A stretch of 64,000 bases of DNA from Geopsychrobacteraceae bacterium. GTDB lineage: Bacteria > Desulfobacterota > Desulfuromonadia > Desulfuromonadales > Geopsychrobacteraceae. The translations under genes were made by a program, and so were the position numbers. Position 1 is the stretch's first letter; every line of letters begins with the position of its first letter. Under the pieces are notes generated by a model. That model saw nothing but the letters and a program-made list of their open reading frames with translations, was not told the origin of the DNA and searched no databases. The stretch is taken from NCBI GenBank assembly GCA_963676795.2, contig CAXXTB010000002.1, forward strand, positions 832,001 through 896,000, written 5' to 3'. Shown here one piece after another: positions 1 through 9,192 of the stretch.

Positions 1-1273
1 TGATCGATTTGCCGCCCATGACGATGGTGTCCTGGCCGCCGCAGACTTCTTCCCAGATGGTCTTGTTGCTGTCGAGTTCACGCCCCTGGTCGACGTAGCC
101 GAGCTTGACGGTTTCGCCGACCTTGAAGCTGCCGGCATCCGGCTGTTCCTGGTCGGTGATCATCTTGAACAGGGTCGACTTACCGGCGCCGTTAGGGCCG
201 ATGACACCAACGATGCCACCCGGCGGCAGGTTGAAGCTTAAATTCTCGATCAACAACCGCTCGCCGAAGCCTTTGCTGATCTCCTTGGCTTCAACGACGA
301 TATTGCCCAGCCGTGGTCCCGGCGGAATGAACAGTTCGAGGGTCTGCTCCTTGGCCAACCCTTCGTTGCCGAGCAGCTTCTCGTAGGAGTTGATGCGCGC
401 CTGGGATTTGGCGTGACGCCCTTTGGGCGACATGCGGATCCATTCGAGCTCGCGCTGCAGTGTCTGCTGGCGCTTGCTTTCGGCCTTCTCTTCCTTGCGC
501 AGGCGCTCCTGTTTCTGCTCCAGCCAGCTGGAGTAGTTGCCCTTCCAGGGGATGCCGTGGCCGCGGTCGAGCTCCAGGATCCAGCCAGCGACATTGTCGA
601 GGAAGTAACGGTCGTGGGTGACAGCGATGACAGTACCCGGGTAGCGCTGCAGGTGTTGCTCGAGCCAGGCGACGGTTTCGGCGTCGAGGTGGTTGGTGGG
701 CTCGTCCAAAAGCAGGATGTCCGGCTTGTTCAGCAGCAGGCGACAGAGGGCGACACGGCGTTTCTCCCCTCCGGAGAGGTTTTTGACCGGGGTCTCAGGC
801 GGTGGGCAGCGCAGTGCTTCTTCGGCCAGTTCCAGGCGGGAATCAAGCTCCCAGGCGTCGGCGGCGTCGAGCTTGTCCTGAACAATTGCCTGACGGGCGA
901 GCAGTTTGTCCATGTCGCAGTCGGGATCGGCGAAGGCGTTGTTGATCTCTTCGAACTCGGCGAGCAGGTTGACGATCTCCTGGACCCCTTCCTTGACCAC
1001 TTCGCGTACGGTCTTGCTGTCATCGAGCTGGGGTTCCTGCTCTAGATAGCCGACGCTGTAGCCTTCGGAGAGGACCGCTTCGCCCTGGAATTCCTTGTCG
1101 ACACCGGCCATGATCTTGAGCAGGGTTGATTTACCCGAACCGTTGAGACCCAGGACGCCGATCTTGGCGCCATAGAAATAGGAGAGGGAGATGTCCTTGA
1201 TGATCGGCTGCTTATTGTAACTTTTGCTGACTCTCATCATCGAATAGATGACTTTTTTTGTATCTTCGCTCAT
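1..1273 (-). CDS. ettA: Energy-dependent translational throttle ABC-F ATPase (3' end runs off the window)
   Basis: Not in the ORF track because it has no stop in the window. Manual translation from ATG at 1273: MSEDTKKVIYSMMRVSKSYNKQPIIKDISLSYFYGAKIGVLGLNGSGKSTLLKIMAG..., then LSGGEKRRVALCRLL..LLLDEPTNHLD and a second Walker A GPNGAGKST; EttA-type N-terminus. Confidence 0.93.
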   Translation of the reverse strand, partial: MSEDTKKVIYSMMRVSKSYNKQPIIKDISLSYFYGAKIGVLGLNGSGKSTLLKIMAGVDKEFQGEAVLSEGYSVGYLEQEPQLDDSKTVREVVKEGVQEIVNLLAEFEEINNAFADPDCDMDKLLARQAIVQDKLDAADAWELDSRLELAEEALRCPPPETPVKNLSGGEKRRVALCRLLLNKPDILLLDEPTNHLDAETVAWLEQHLQRYPGTVIAVTHDRYFLDNVAGWILELDRGHGIPWKGNYSSWLEQKQERLRKEEKAESKRQQTLQRELEWIRMSPKGRHAKSQARINSYEKLLGNEGLAKEQTLELFIPPGPRLGNIVVEAKEISKGFGERLLIENLSFNLPPGGIVGVIGPNGAGKSTLFKMITDQEQPDAGSFKVGETVKLGYVDQGRELDSNKTIWEEVCGGQDTIVMGGKSI

Positions 1274-1331
1274 GCCTGACCTTTAATGGTATGAATGATT
1301 AGATTGCTGATTTAACGAGGTAAAAAGGGAT

Positions 1332-1340
1332 TGTATAGCA
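1332..1340 (-). promoter_or_regulatory. Putative extended -10 promoter (TG-C-TATACA) for ettA
   Basis: Minus strand reads TGCTATACA about 60 nt upstream of the ettA start; motif match only. Confidence 0.4.
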
Positions 1341-1364
1341 TCCTCGCAGGGCTTGCCGCAAGTC

Positions 1365-2513
1365 TCACTTTTGCTGATTGAGTTCTTCTCGGGCATTCTC
1401 TTCCATCTGTTCGATGGCAATAAGAAAGGACTGGGTCAGTTGCGGGTGGAGCAGTTGCCCGCTGCTCTCCGTCATGATCTGTTTGATCTGGGCGAAGGTC
1501 AGCGGCTCCTTGTAGGTCCGTCTGGTACGCAGTGCGTCATAAACGTCGGAGATGGTCGTCATGTAACTGCAGGTATTGAGTTGCCAATGGTCCGGAGTTT
1601 GTGGGTAGCCCTTGCCGTTGTAGCCGATGTGGTGCTCGTAGGCATTGAGCACAGCCAGCTTGGGTGCCCCCGGGCAGCGCAGCAGGTACTCGGCCCCCAG
1701 TTGCGGGTGAAGCTGCATCCGGGCCCACTCCTCCGGCTCCAGCTTGGCTTGCTTGTTGAGAATGTCCGGTGAGATGAACATCTTACCGACATCGTGAAGC
1801 ATCGCCGCGATGCCGATCTGATTGAGGATCGGGCCTGCAAAGCCGAGCAGCCGGGCCTGGGCCAGGTTGAGCAGGCAGATGTTGGTTGAATGGATGTAGG
1901 CATATTCATCCATGGAGCGCAGCGGTGCCAGAGCCAGCAGGGCCGAGCTGTGGGTGCTGAAGGCTGAGACAAAATCGCTGACAAGTTCAGAGATTCCGCC
2001 GATGTCGACATGTTTGCTGCGGCCGGCGGAAGCCTGGAAATCGTAAAATCTGTCAGCGCCGCCCTGGCGGATTTCTGTCGCGACTTCTTCTTGCTCAGAG
2101 GACGACTGCTGCCGGTTGCGCACGGCAATACGGCCAAAGCGGATGTGTTCCGTTTTTCTGGGCTCTTCTTTTCGGCTGCGCTTGCTCAGGGTTGCTGCCA
2201 GCCTGATCATCTCTTCGCTGGAGACCCCTGAGCTGATTTCCAGAAAGCTGATCTGCTGGGCGGTCAGGGTTTCAATCAGCCGGTCTGTCATCATGTTGCT
2301 CGGAACCGGATGGTCATTGAAGATCAGCTCACTGTTGACGATCTTGAAGGTCACAACCCGATGGTCATTGAGGAGCAGACGTATCTCTTCGCGGGCCAGC
2401 TGGCAGAGGTGGAGAACCTGAGGGTGCTCACTGTCGTAGAGGGAGATGTTGGCCGCCGCCGTAGTGATCCGGCGAATAAAGGCGACCAGGTATTTCTGCT
2501 CCTTGAACGTCAT
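1365..2513 (-). CDS. HD-GYP cyclic-dinucleotide phosphodiesterase (copy B) with uncharacterised N-terminal domain
   Basis: MLHDVGK (HD), HPQLG, EHHIGYNGKGYP, ISDVYDAL, RTYK motifs; overlaps the upstream HEAT gene by 4 nt. Confidence 0.9.
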   Translation of the reverse strand: MTFKEQKYLVAFIRRITTAAANISLYDSEHPQVLHLCQLAREEIRLLLNDHRVVTFKIVNSELIFNDHPVPSNMMTDRLIETLTAQQISFLEISSGVSSEEMIRLAATLSKRSRKEEPRKTEHIRFGRIAVRNRQQSSSEQEEVATEIRQGGADRFYDFQASAGRSKHVDIGGISELVSDFVSAFSTHSSALLALAPLRSMDEYAYIHSTNICLLNLAQARLLGFAGPILNQIGIAAMLHDVGKMFISPDILNKQAKLEPEEWARMQLHPQLGAEYLLRCPGAPKLAVLNAYEHHIGYNGKGYPQTPDHWQLNTCSYMTTISDVYDALRTRRTYKEPLTFAQIKQIMTESSGQLLHPQLTQSFLIAIEQMEENAREELNQQK

Positions 2514-4642
2514 TCCTGCCCCCGATCTGTCAGGCGCTGCAGCTGTTTTTCGACCAGTTCCGTCTCGCCCTTGTCGCGACCATTCTGCAGGGAATGCAGA
2601 AGCGGCAGGACACTGCGTCTGGGATAGCTCCCCAGTGAGCGGATGATTTCCTGCTGAAAGTTTTTTTCCCGGCGCCGGCGAAGCAGTTTTTTCTGTAGCA
2701 ACCTGGCGAGGACCGGGACGGTCTGCGGTTTCCCGATCGTGCTCAGGGACTCGAGGGTCTTTCTGCGGATCAGCAGGTCCGGGTCGCGGCTGTGGTCGAT
2801 CTGCAGCAGCAGGTGCAGTTGGGCCAGAACTTTGTCGTCATGGCTCAGGTTGGCGATTTCGACGGCCGCGGAGATCGATTCCCGGTCGCCCCCTGACAGA
2901 TCCTTGAGCAGTTGCCGGTTGGCCATCATCGGGTCGTAGCGAAAGATGATGCGCAGCGCTTCCTGGCGGACCTTGGGGTGCTCATGGGTAGCGAGGAGGC
3001 GGATCTCTTTGAACGGAATGGCTTCCTTGTCGAGCTTTGACAGGATCAGAAGCACGTTGCGGACCAGGTACCAGCGCTGATCCTTCAAGGCCTGGGTCAG
3101 CAACTGGGCCGCTTTCCTGCCGAGCCCCTCCAGCAGGTGCACCCATACCCTGCGTTTGGAGAGCTGCTTTTCAACCCCGAGCCGGTCGATGAGCAGTTCG
3201 GCATAGGGTTCACCAACCTCGTAGACGTAGGCACTGATCTCTTCCCCTTTTTCCGTTCCCCAGATTTCGACATGATCAAGGACGTCGGACATGAAGAGTT
3301 CACTGGTCTGCAGGGCCAGAACGGTCTCATCCAGAAAACGGGCATTGGCTTTGCCGCTGTAGAGATATGCGGACCAGTTGACAAAGATTTCACGCAGCGT
3401 CGTGAAGTCTCCCGTGTCCAGGTAGAATCTGGCCATTTCCGTCAGGTTGTGCTGCAGGCTTTTTTCCGCCTCGGCATCGACACCGTTATGGAGCATGTTG
3501 AAGATGATGTTGACGCATTGATTTTCAATCGACCCCGTCTTCAGGCTGTTTCTCAGCTTCAGCGCAGTATGTTCGGGCAGGGACCCTTTGAGCTGCTGGT
3601 TGAGGATATTCTTCAGGGTGGTTTGGTAAGCATCGGGAACAAACTGGCTGTGGCTGTCTTCGAGCAGGAGAATGTTGATCTGCGCATTCAGAACATCAGG
3701 GTCGATTTTTTCGATGTCCAGCGCACCAGCTATGGTGAATTTGTCGTCGTTGTCGGCAAAGCCCTCGAGTAGGTCAACGAGCCTGGCTGAGATGGTCTCT
3801 TTGTTTCGCGATTGGCTGTGGATCGCGGTTTTCAGTAGATGCTGGGGGAACGAATTAAGGAACTGCGAAGCCAGGTCGGGGTGGCCGGACAGGGCATTGA
3901 GGATGCTGTCGGTGAATCTTTCCTGAATCTGTGGATGCAGTTGCTCGACGACTTCGGCAACCTGAAGAGGAACATCCGCTTCTTCCCGCGGTTCAGACGC
4001 AAATCTGGATATCAGGTTACTGATCAGCGGATCCAGGTTGTCCGTGTGACATTTCCCCTGGTTGATGGCTTTGGCGATCTCGGCACTTTCAATGGTGTCA
4101 GACAGGCTATGCTTGTCATTGAGCAGTTCCGTGATGAAATCGTTCCAGGGGGAAGCGCTGGTGGGGCCGTCGTCGGCCTGAAAGGCTGCAAAGTCGACCA
4201 GAACGATCTGAATCTGGTGAATACCCCGTTTCTGGAGCTGGTTGGGCAGCTCCTGATTGATGTCAGCAGTGCTGTGCTCTGCAGCGAGGAGCTGATAAAA
4301 ACCGAGCAGTTCCTTGGCGGAGAGGTTCCGGTAAAAGCGGATCGAGGCGATTCGGTATGCAGACAGAAATTGGGCGAAGTCGCGGATCGCGCGGTTGCTG
4401 GCGTCCAGCCACTGTCCTTCAAAAAGAATATTGTCGGGCGCGATGCCGAGGAGGATGTCTTGCCTGGACTGGCAGGTCTGGACCAGGGCACGCAGAACCG
4501 CGGCGCAGCTCTGGGTCAGTTGCGGGTGCCCTGATGGATACAATTTCAGCTGGCGCTGAAAAATATTGAGATCCTGGATGAAGCCGGACAGCTGGCGGCT
4601 ATTGTTTGCCGTTGCAGTTCCGGATTCTCCTGACATTAACAC
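2510..4642 (-). CDS. HEAT-repeat protein (copy B) with N-terminal LYPxxHPQ domain
   Basis: C-terminal HEAT/PBS-like repeats (LKDQRWYLVRNVLLIL, HEHPKVRQEALRII, RRKTLESLSTIG). Start placed at GTG 4642 (GGAGG 7 nt upstream); ATG 4636 or TTG 4675 are alternatives. Confidence 0.8.
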   Translation of the reverse strand: MLMSGESGTATANNSRQLSGFIQDLNIFQRQLKLYPSGHPQLTQSCAAVLRALVQTCQSRQDILLGIAPDNILFEGQWLDASNRAIRDFAQFLSAYRIASIRFYRNLSAKELLGFYQLLAAEHSTADINQELPNQLQKRGIHQIQIVLVDFAAFQADDGPTSASPWNDFITELLNDKHSLSDTIESAEIAKAINQGKCHTDNLDPLISNLISRFASEPREEADVPLQVAEVVEQLHPQIQERFTDSILNALSGHPDLASQFLNSFPQHLLKTAIHSQSRNKETISARLVDLLEGFADNDDKFTIAGALDIEKIDPDVLNAQINILLLEDSHSQFVPDAYQTTLKNILNQQLKGSLPEHTALKLRNSLKTGSIENQCVNIIFNMLHNGVDAEAEKSLQHNLTEMARFYLDTGDFTTLREIFVNWSAYLYSGKANARFLDETVLALQTSELFMSDVLDHVEIWGTEKGEEISAYVYEVGEPYAELLIDRLGVEKQLSKRRVWVHLLEGLGRKAAQLLTQALKDQRWYLVRNVLLILSKLDKEAIPFKEIRLLATHEHPKVRQEALRIIFRYDPMMANRQLLKDLSGGDRESISAAVEIANLSHDDKVLAQLHLLLQIDHSRDPDLLIRRKTLESLSTIGKPQTVPVLARLLQKKLLRRRREKNFQQEIIRSLGSYPRRSVLPLLHSLQNGRDKGETELVEKQLQRLTDRGQE

Positions 4643-4735
4643 CTTGGTTCCTCCCCCTGTATGCCTTTTTCTCAATAAATCTTAATTTTCTGAGGATAAT
4701 CCTTTTTGTCATTTTTTAGAAGGGGTTCATTGAGC

Positions 4736-5878
4736 TTAGGTTGATTTTTTTGTCAGGTCCCGGTCGAGTTCGCTGATCGTGCCGAGAAAATTGTAGGTCA
4801 GCTGCGGATGCAGCTTGTTACCCGCAAGGTTGAGCATGATCGAAATGATCTGGTTCAGATCCAGCGACTCTTCGTAGGCGCGATGGGTGCGCATAGCGTC
4901 GTAGGTGTCCGATATGGCCGTCAGGTAGGAACTTAAGTGCTGCAGCCAGGGTCTGGAGGTTTGCGGGTAGCCGGCATTGTCAAAGCGCATGTGATGCTCG
5001 TAGGCGGTTATGACGGCGAGTCTGGGCACGCCCGGGCAGCCGGTCAGATATTCAGCGCCGAGGCGCGGGTGCTGTTGCATGATCTCCCATTCGGCCGCGG
5101 TCAGGGCTTTACTTTTGGTCAGGATCTCTGGCGGAATGAACATTTTTCCGACATCGTGGAGCATTGCCGCGATACCGATGTCGTTGAGCAGTTGCCCCTC
5201 GATACCGAGCATCCTGGCCTGCGCGAGGTTGAGCATACAGATATTGGTTGAGTGGGTATAGGTATACTCGTCCATGCTGCGCAACGGCGCTATCGCCATC
5301 AGGACATCGTTCTGCGAGTCGAAGGCACTGATAAACCCGGAAACGATTTCAGCGACACCACCGATGTTGAGGGGCTTGTTTTTTCTGATCGTCTGGTAGA
5401 GGTCCATGATGCTGTCGGCCTCAGACTCGGCAATCCAGGCCAGTGGGGATGCTGCTGCGCCCGATTTTTCCCCCTTGAGGCGGACCTCAATCTTGCCATA
5501 GCAGATGTGTTCGGTGTTGGTCGGCTGGTGCGCAGTGCTCGGGCTTTTGCTGAGCAGCAGGGCGAGGCCGAGCAGTTCGTCGGCGTAGATGCCGTCCTTG
5601 ATCTGTAGATGGGAGACGCCGCAGCGATTCATGGCGCTGACGAGGCGTTTGACGGCGTTGCTCTGCTCGACGGGCTGATTATCGAAAATCAGTCGGCTGT
5701 CGATCACCTTCAGAACAATCTCGTTATGCTTTTTGATCAGGTCATGGGCGATCTGCAATGCCTGGTTGTTGAGGCGCAGCACCTGCCGATGATTGGCGTG
5801 ATAGAGCGATGCATTGGCGGCTGCCGTGGTCAACAGGCGTAAAAAAGTCTGAAGTTGCTCCTGTCTGGTGCCGCTCAT
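4736..5878 (-). CDS. HD-GYP cyclic-dinucleotide phosphodiesterase (copy A)
   Basis: MLHDVGK, HPRLG, EHHMRFDNAGYP, ISDTYDAM, RAYE; clear paralogue of 1365-2513 (shared APLRSMDEYxYxHSTNICxLNLAQARxLG). Confidence 0.9.
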   Translation of the reverse strand: MSGTRQEQLQTFLRLLTTAAANASLYHANHRQVLRLNNQALQIAHDLIKKHNEIVLKVIDSRLIFDNQPVEQSNAVKRLVSAMNRCGVSHLQIKDGIYADELLGLALLLSKSPSTAHQPTNTEHICYGKIEVRLKGEKSGAAASPLAWIAESEADSIMDLYQTIRKNKPLNIGGVAEIVSGFISAFDSQNDVLMAIAPLRSMDEYTYTHSTNICMLNLAQARMLGIEGQLLNDIGIAAMLHDVGKMFIPPEILTKSKALTAAEWEIMQQHPRLGAEYLTGCPGVPRLAVITAYEHHMRFDNAGYPQTSRPWLQHLSSYLTAISDTYDAMRTHRAYEESLDLNQIISIMLNLAGNKLHPQLTYNFLGTISELDRDLTKKST

Positions 5879-8022
5879 TGGTTCGCTCTCCGTTTTTCCT
5901 GCACCTCTCTGGCGGCATTTTTGTAGGGTCCTCTGACCATTTCGTCGAGCAGTTTGTCGGCACCAGAACCGGGAAATGTCAGCAGTGCGTTGAGGATCTG
6001 CTGCTGCAGGGATTTCAGGTAGCGGGACCTGAAAAGCTTCGGTCCGCTCAGCAGCAGGCGGCGGAAGATTGTCAGGGTCTCCGACCGTCCACAGCGGGTC
6101 AGGGCTGCGATTACGGACTCAACGTAATGCAACTGCTCAGCGGTTTCGATACTCATCTCCAGTTGCCTGTGCAACTGACTGAAGATGCCCGGATCCTGGC
6201 TCAAGGGCACCAGCCCGAGAGCCGCATGCCGTGCACTGAAATCGGCGTTCTGCAGTTCCGCGATCAGATGCCGGTTGGCCGTCGCCGGGTTGCAGCGGAA
6301 CAGATTGCGGATCACCTCGGCCCTGACCCTCTGGTCGGGGTGGTCAGCGTATTTCAGGTTGGCCTTGATGCTCGCCTGGGTCTGCTCTTCGCCCAGGACA
6401 ATCAGCAGGTTGCGCAGCAGATACCAGGGTTCGGGCTTAAGCGCCTGGATCACCTTCTGCTGCACGTCCCCGTCAATCTGTTTGAGCAGGCCCATCCAGA
6501 GCATGCGCTCCTTCTGCTCTGTCGCTTTGGAAAGGCGGTCGATGATCGGGTCGCAGTAGGGCTCGCCGACGAACAGAATATAGTTGCTGATCTGCTCCCA
6601 CTTCTGCTCTTCCCAGAGTTCGAAGCTGTCGAGAATGTCGTTCATAAAACTGGACTGGGTGTGGCCGGCGATCAGTTGTTCATCGAGAATGCTGGTCTGG
6701 GCGTGGCTGCTGTACAGGTAGTTGTGCCAGTTTCTGAAGACCGCCCGCAGGCTTATGAAGTCGCCGGTATCGGCGAAAAAACGGGAGAGCTCCATGAGAC
6801 TCTGCTGGATGTGCGATTCCTGCTCCTTGTCGAGCGGGGAGAGCAGCAGCTCGAAAATGACTGCCGCGAAATGGTGTTCGATCGACTGCTCCTCCATGTC
6901 CTGTTTCAGTTGCAGCTTTTCCGCTTCGGACATGTGGCCATGGAGGTCGCCGGAGAGCATGGTGTTGAGGGCCTGCTGATAGCTGTCCGGGAGAAAAAGA
7001 TCTTCCTGTTCTTCGCTGAACAGGGTCTCCAGCCGGGCTTTGACCACGCTTGATTCCATGCGTGGCGCGTTGAGGCGGATCCTGTTTTTCTGATCGGTTT
7101 CCGAGGCGGCCAGGACCCCGACCAGCCCGAGCAGGCGCTGGGAGATCTGCAGTTGCGAAGCCTGACTGGTGGTAAAGCCGTTGCGCAGCAGCTGGGGGGA
7201 TATTTTTTTCAGGGCGTTTTCCGCCCGGTCCTGATGGCGGTCGATCACCCTGAGGGTGTTTTCCAGGAAGGCCTGCCGGGCTCCCGGATCAAGCTTGAGC
7301 AGCAGGTCGTTGAAGACCTGGTCCGCTTCCGTTGCCGGAGCGGCGATCAGCTGTTTTTCAACGTAGTTGGACAGCGATTGCTGGCACTGCTCACGATCAT
7401 CCCGGGTCCCTTTGAACCTGCTGTTGATGATGTCGGCAATGACCGACAGGTTGCTGGAAATTTCTGTAGACCCCAGGTCGAGAATACCCTGCTGCATGCC
7501 ATAGATGAAATTTTCCCAGAGCCGCTGTTCTTGTTCCGGGGTGCCGCTGCCTGACCGAAAAGCGCTGTAGTCGATGGCGATGATCTGAATATGGCGGATC
7601 TGCTGCTGTGCAATCAGCTGGGCAAATCCGCCGGCATTTTCAATGCTGGTCCGGTCCGAGCAGAGCATTTTGCAGAAACTGAGCAGCTCTGGCTCAGTCA
7701 GTCCTTTTATGAAGCTGATGGTCGCAATGCCCAGCTCGGCAAAGAACGTGGCGAAGTCTCTGTTGGCGGGGTCATTTTTGTCGAGCCAGGTCTGTTCGAA
7801 GAGGATTCCGCTCGGCGAGATCCCCAGGGTGAGCTGTGGAAAGTTTTCCATGATCAGCTCGAGTAATGACATGGCTTTTGCGATGCTCGCCGCGATCTGG
7901 GGATGCTCATCCGGATAGAGGGCGAGGTTGCGCTGCGCTGTTTTCAGTTCCTGCAGAAAAACAGTCAGCAGGGGGCGGTCCTGCCCTCTGGCGCTTTTGC
8001 TTGGTGCGGCGGTCCGATTCAA
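5875..8022 (-). CDS. HEAT-repeat protein (copy A) with N-terminal LYPxxHPQ domain
   Basis: TTG start with GAGG upstream; HEAT-like repeats (PEPWYLLRNLLIVLG, HPDQRVRAEVIRNL); paralogue of 2510-4642 (shared RFxxDTGDFxxLRxxFxNWxxYLYS, VGEPY). Confidence 0.8.
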   Translation of the reverse strand: MNRTAAPSKSARGQDRPLLTVFLQELKTAQRNLALYPDEHPQIAASIAKAMSLLELIMENFPQLTLGISPSGILFEQTWLDKNDPANRDFATFFAELGIATISFIKGLTEPELLSFCKMLCSDRTSIENAGGFAQLIAQQQIRHIQIIAIDYSAFRSGSGTPEQEQRLWENFIYGMQQGILDLGSTEISSNLSVIADIINSRFKGTRDDREQCQQSLSNYVEKQLIAAPATEADQVFNDLLLKLDPGARQAFLENTLRVIDRHQDRAENALKKISPQLLRNGFTTSQASQLQISQRLLGLVGVLAASETDQKNRIRLNAPRMESSVVKARLETLFSEEQEDLFLPDSYQQALNTMLSGDLHGHMSEAEKLQLKQDMEEQSIEHHFAAVIFELLLSPLDKEQESHIQQSLMELSRFFADTGDFISLRAVFRNWHNYLYSSHAQTSILDEQLIAGHTQSSFMNDILDSFELWEEQKWEQISNYILFVGEPYCDPIIDRLSKATEQKERMLWMGLLKQIDGDVQQKVIQALKPEPWYLLRNLLIVLGEEQTQASIKANLKYADHPDQRVRAEVIRNLFRCNPATANRHLIAELQNADFSARHAALGLVPLSQDPGIFSQLHRQLEMSIETAEQLHYVESVIAALTRCGRSETLTIFRRLLLSGPKLFRSRYLKSLQQQILNALLTFPGSGADKLLDEMVRGPYKNAAREVQEKRRANQ

Positions 8023-8062
8023 GAAATACCTCTGTAAAAATAATTATTTCAATTAGGTTGAA

Positions 8063-8071
8063 AGTATAGCA
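8063..8071 (-). promoter_or_regulatory. Putative extended -10 promoter (TG-C-TATACT) for the HEAT/HD-GYP operon
   Basis: Minus strand TGCTATACT about 40 nt upstream of the TTG start at 8022, in an AT-rich divergent intergenic region. Confidence 0.45.
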
Positions 8072-8184
8072 TTTATTCTTTCCCGGGTTAATCAAGAAAG
8101 GCATTTGTCGGGGCTATTGCTTTTCTGCGCCATTGCGTGCTAGATTTCCGCCGATATGAACACTCATTATTTGATGATTGGCTT

Positions 8185-9150
8185 ATGAGCCCGCAAACGC
8201 ATTTTGACGTTGGTGATGCGGACCTGGCCCAGCAACTCTTTGGCCGGCAGAATAAGCATCTTAAGCAGATAGAAAAGAAACTCGGCATCCGGATCGGCAG
8301 CCAGGGGACGGTCATTCATCTCTCTGGTGACGAGGCCCAGGTCGGAGTTGCCAGGCGTCTGCTTGAAGAGCTGCGTGCCCTGCTGTGCGAGGGGATGCCG
8401 CTCTACCCGGCCGATGTCGATTACGCCATTCGTATCCTCTCCGCAGATTCTTCCGCGTCCCTGAAAGAGATCTTCTTCGATACCGTCTTTGTTTCGGCCC
8501 GCAACAAGATGATTGCACCGAAAAGTATCGCCCAGAAGAGCTATGTCGACAATATCCGCAACAACCATGTTGTCTTCGGTGTCGGCCCGGCAGGAACCGG
8601 CAAGACCTATCTGGCCATGGCGATGGGCGTGGCCTCCCTGCTGCGTAAGGAAGTCAGTCGTATTATGCTCGTCCGGCCTGCCGTCGAAGCCGGCGAAAAG
8701 CTTGGTTTTCTGCCTGGCGATCTGGCCGAGAAGGTCAATCCTTACCTGCGTCCACTCTATGATGCCCTCTATGACATGCTCGATTTCGACAAGGCCCGGG
8801 AACTGGTTGAGACCGGTATTGTCGAGGTTGCCCCGCTGGCCTTTATGCGCGGCCGGACACTGAATGACGCCTTCGTTATTCTTGACGAAGCGCAGAATAC
8901 CACTGCAGAACAGATGAAGATGTTTCTCACCCGCCTCGGCTTTGGCAGCCGGGCCGTGATTACCGGGGATGTGACCCAGGTCGATCTTCCGCGTGGCCAG
9001 CAATCAGGGCTACTCCATGCGATGGAAGTGCTGGTCGGCGTGCGCGGGATTGAGTTCACCTATTTCAGCGATCGGGATGTTGTTCGTCATCCGATCGTTC
9101 AGGCGATTGTTCAGGCCTACCAGAGAGCTGAAAAGCGCGAGGACTTCTGA
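8185..9150 (+). CDS. phoH: PhoH-family ATPase (YbeZ-like)
   Basis: GPAGTGKT Walker A, RPAVEAGEKLGFLPG, PYLRPLYDAL, FMRGRTL, ILDEAQN; N-terminal KH-like segment. Start taken at ATG 8185 (ORF track 8137). Confidence 0.95.
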   Translation: MSPQTHFDVGDADLAQQLFGRQNKHLKQIEKKLGIRIGSQGTVIHLSGDEAQVGVARRLLEELRALLCEGMPLYPADVDYAIRILSADSSASLKEIFFDTVFVSARNKMIAPKSIAQKSYVDNIRNNHVVFGVGPAGTGKTYLAMAMGVASLLRKEVSRIMLVRPAVEAGEKLGFLPGDLAEKVNPYLRPLYDALYDMLDFDKARELVETGIVEVAPLAFMRGRTLNDAFVILDEAQNTTAEQMKMFLTRLGFGSRAVITGDVTQVDLPRGQQSGLLHAMEVLVGVRGIEFTYFSDRDVVRHPIVQAIVQAYQRAEKREDF

Positions 9151-9192
9151 TCCGGGTTCTGGTGGGGGCGGCCTTCATCTTTTTGAGGAACT

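Noticed and set aside
105..1045. Short ORF-track entries over the first kilobase
   Set aside because: They are shadow frames of ettA, which is open on the minus strand from 1273 to the window edge.
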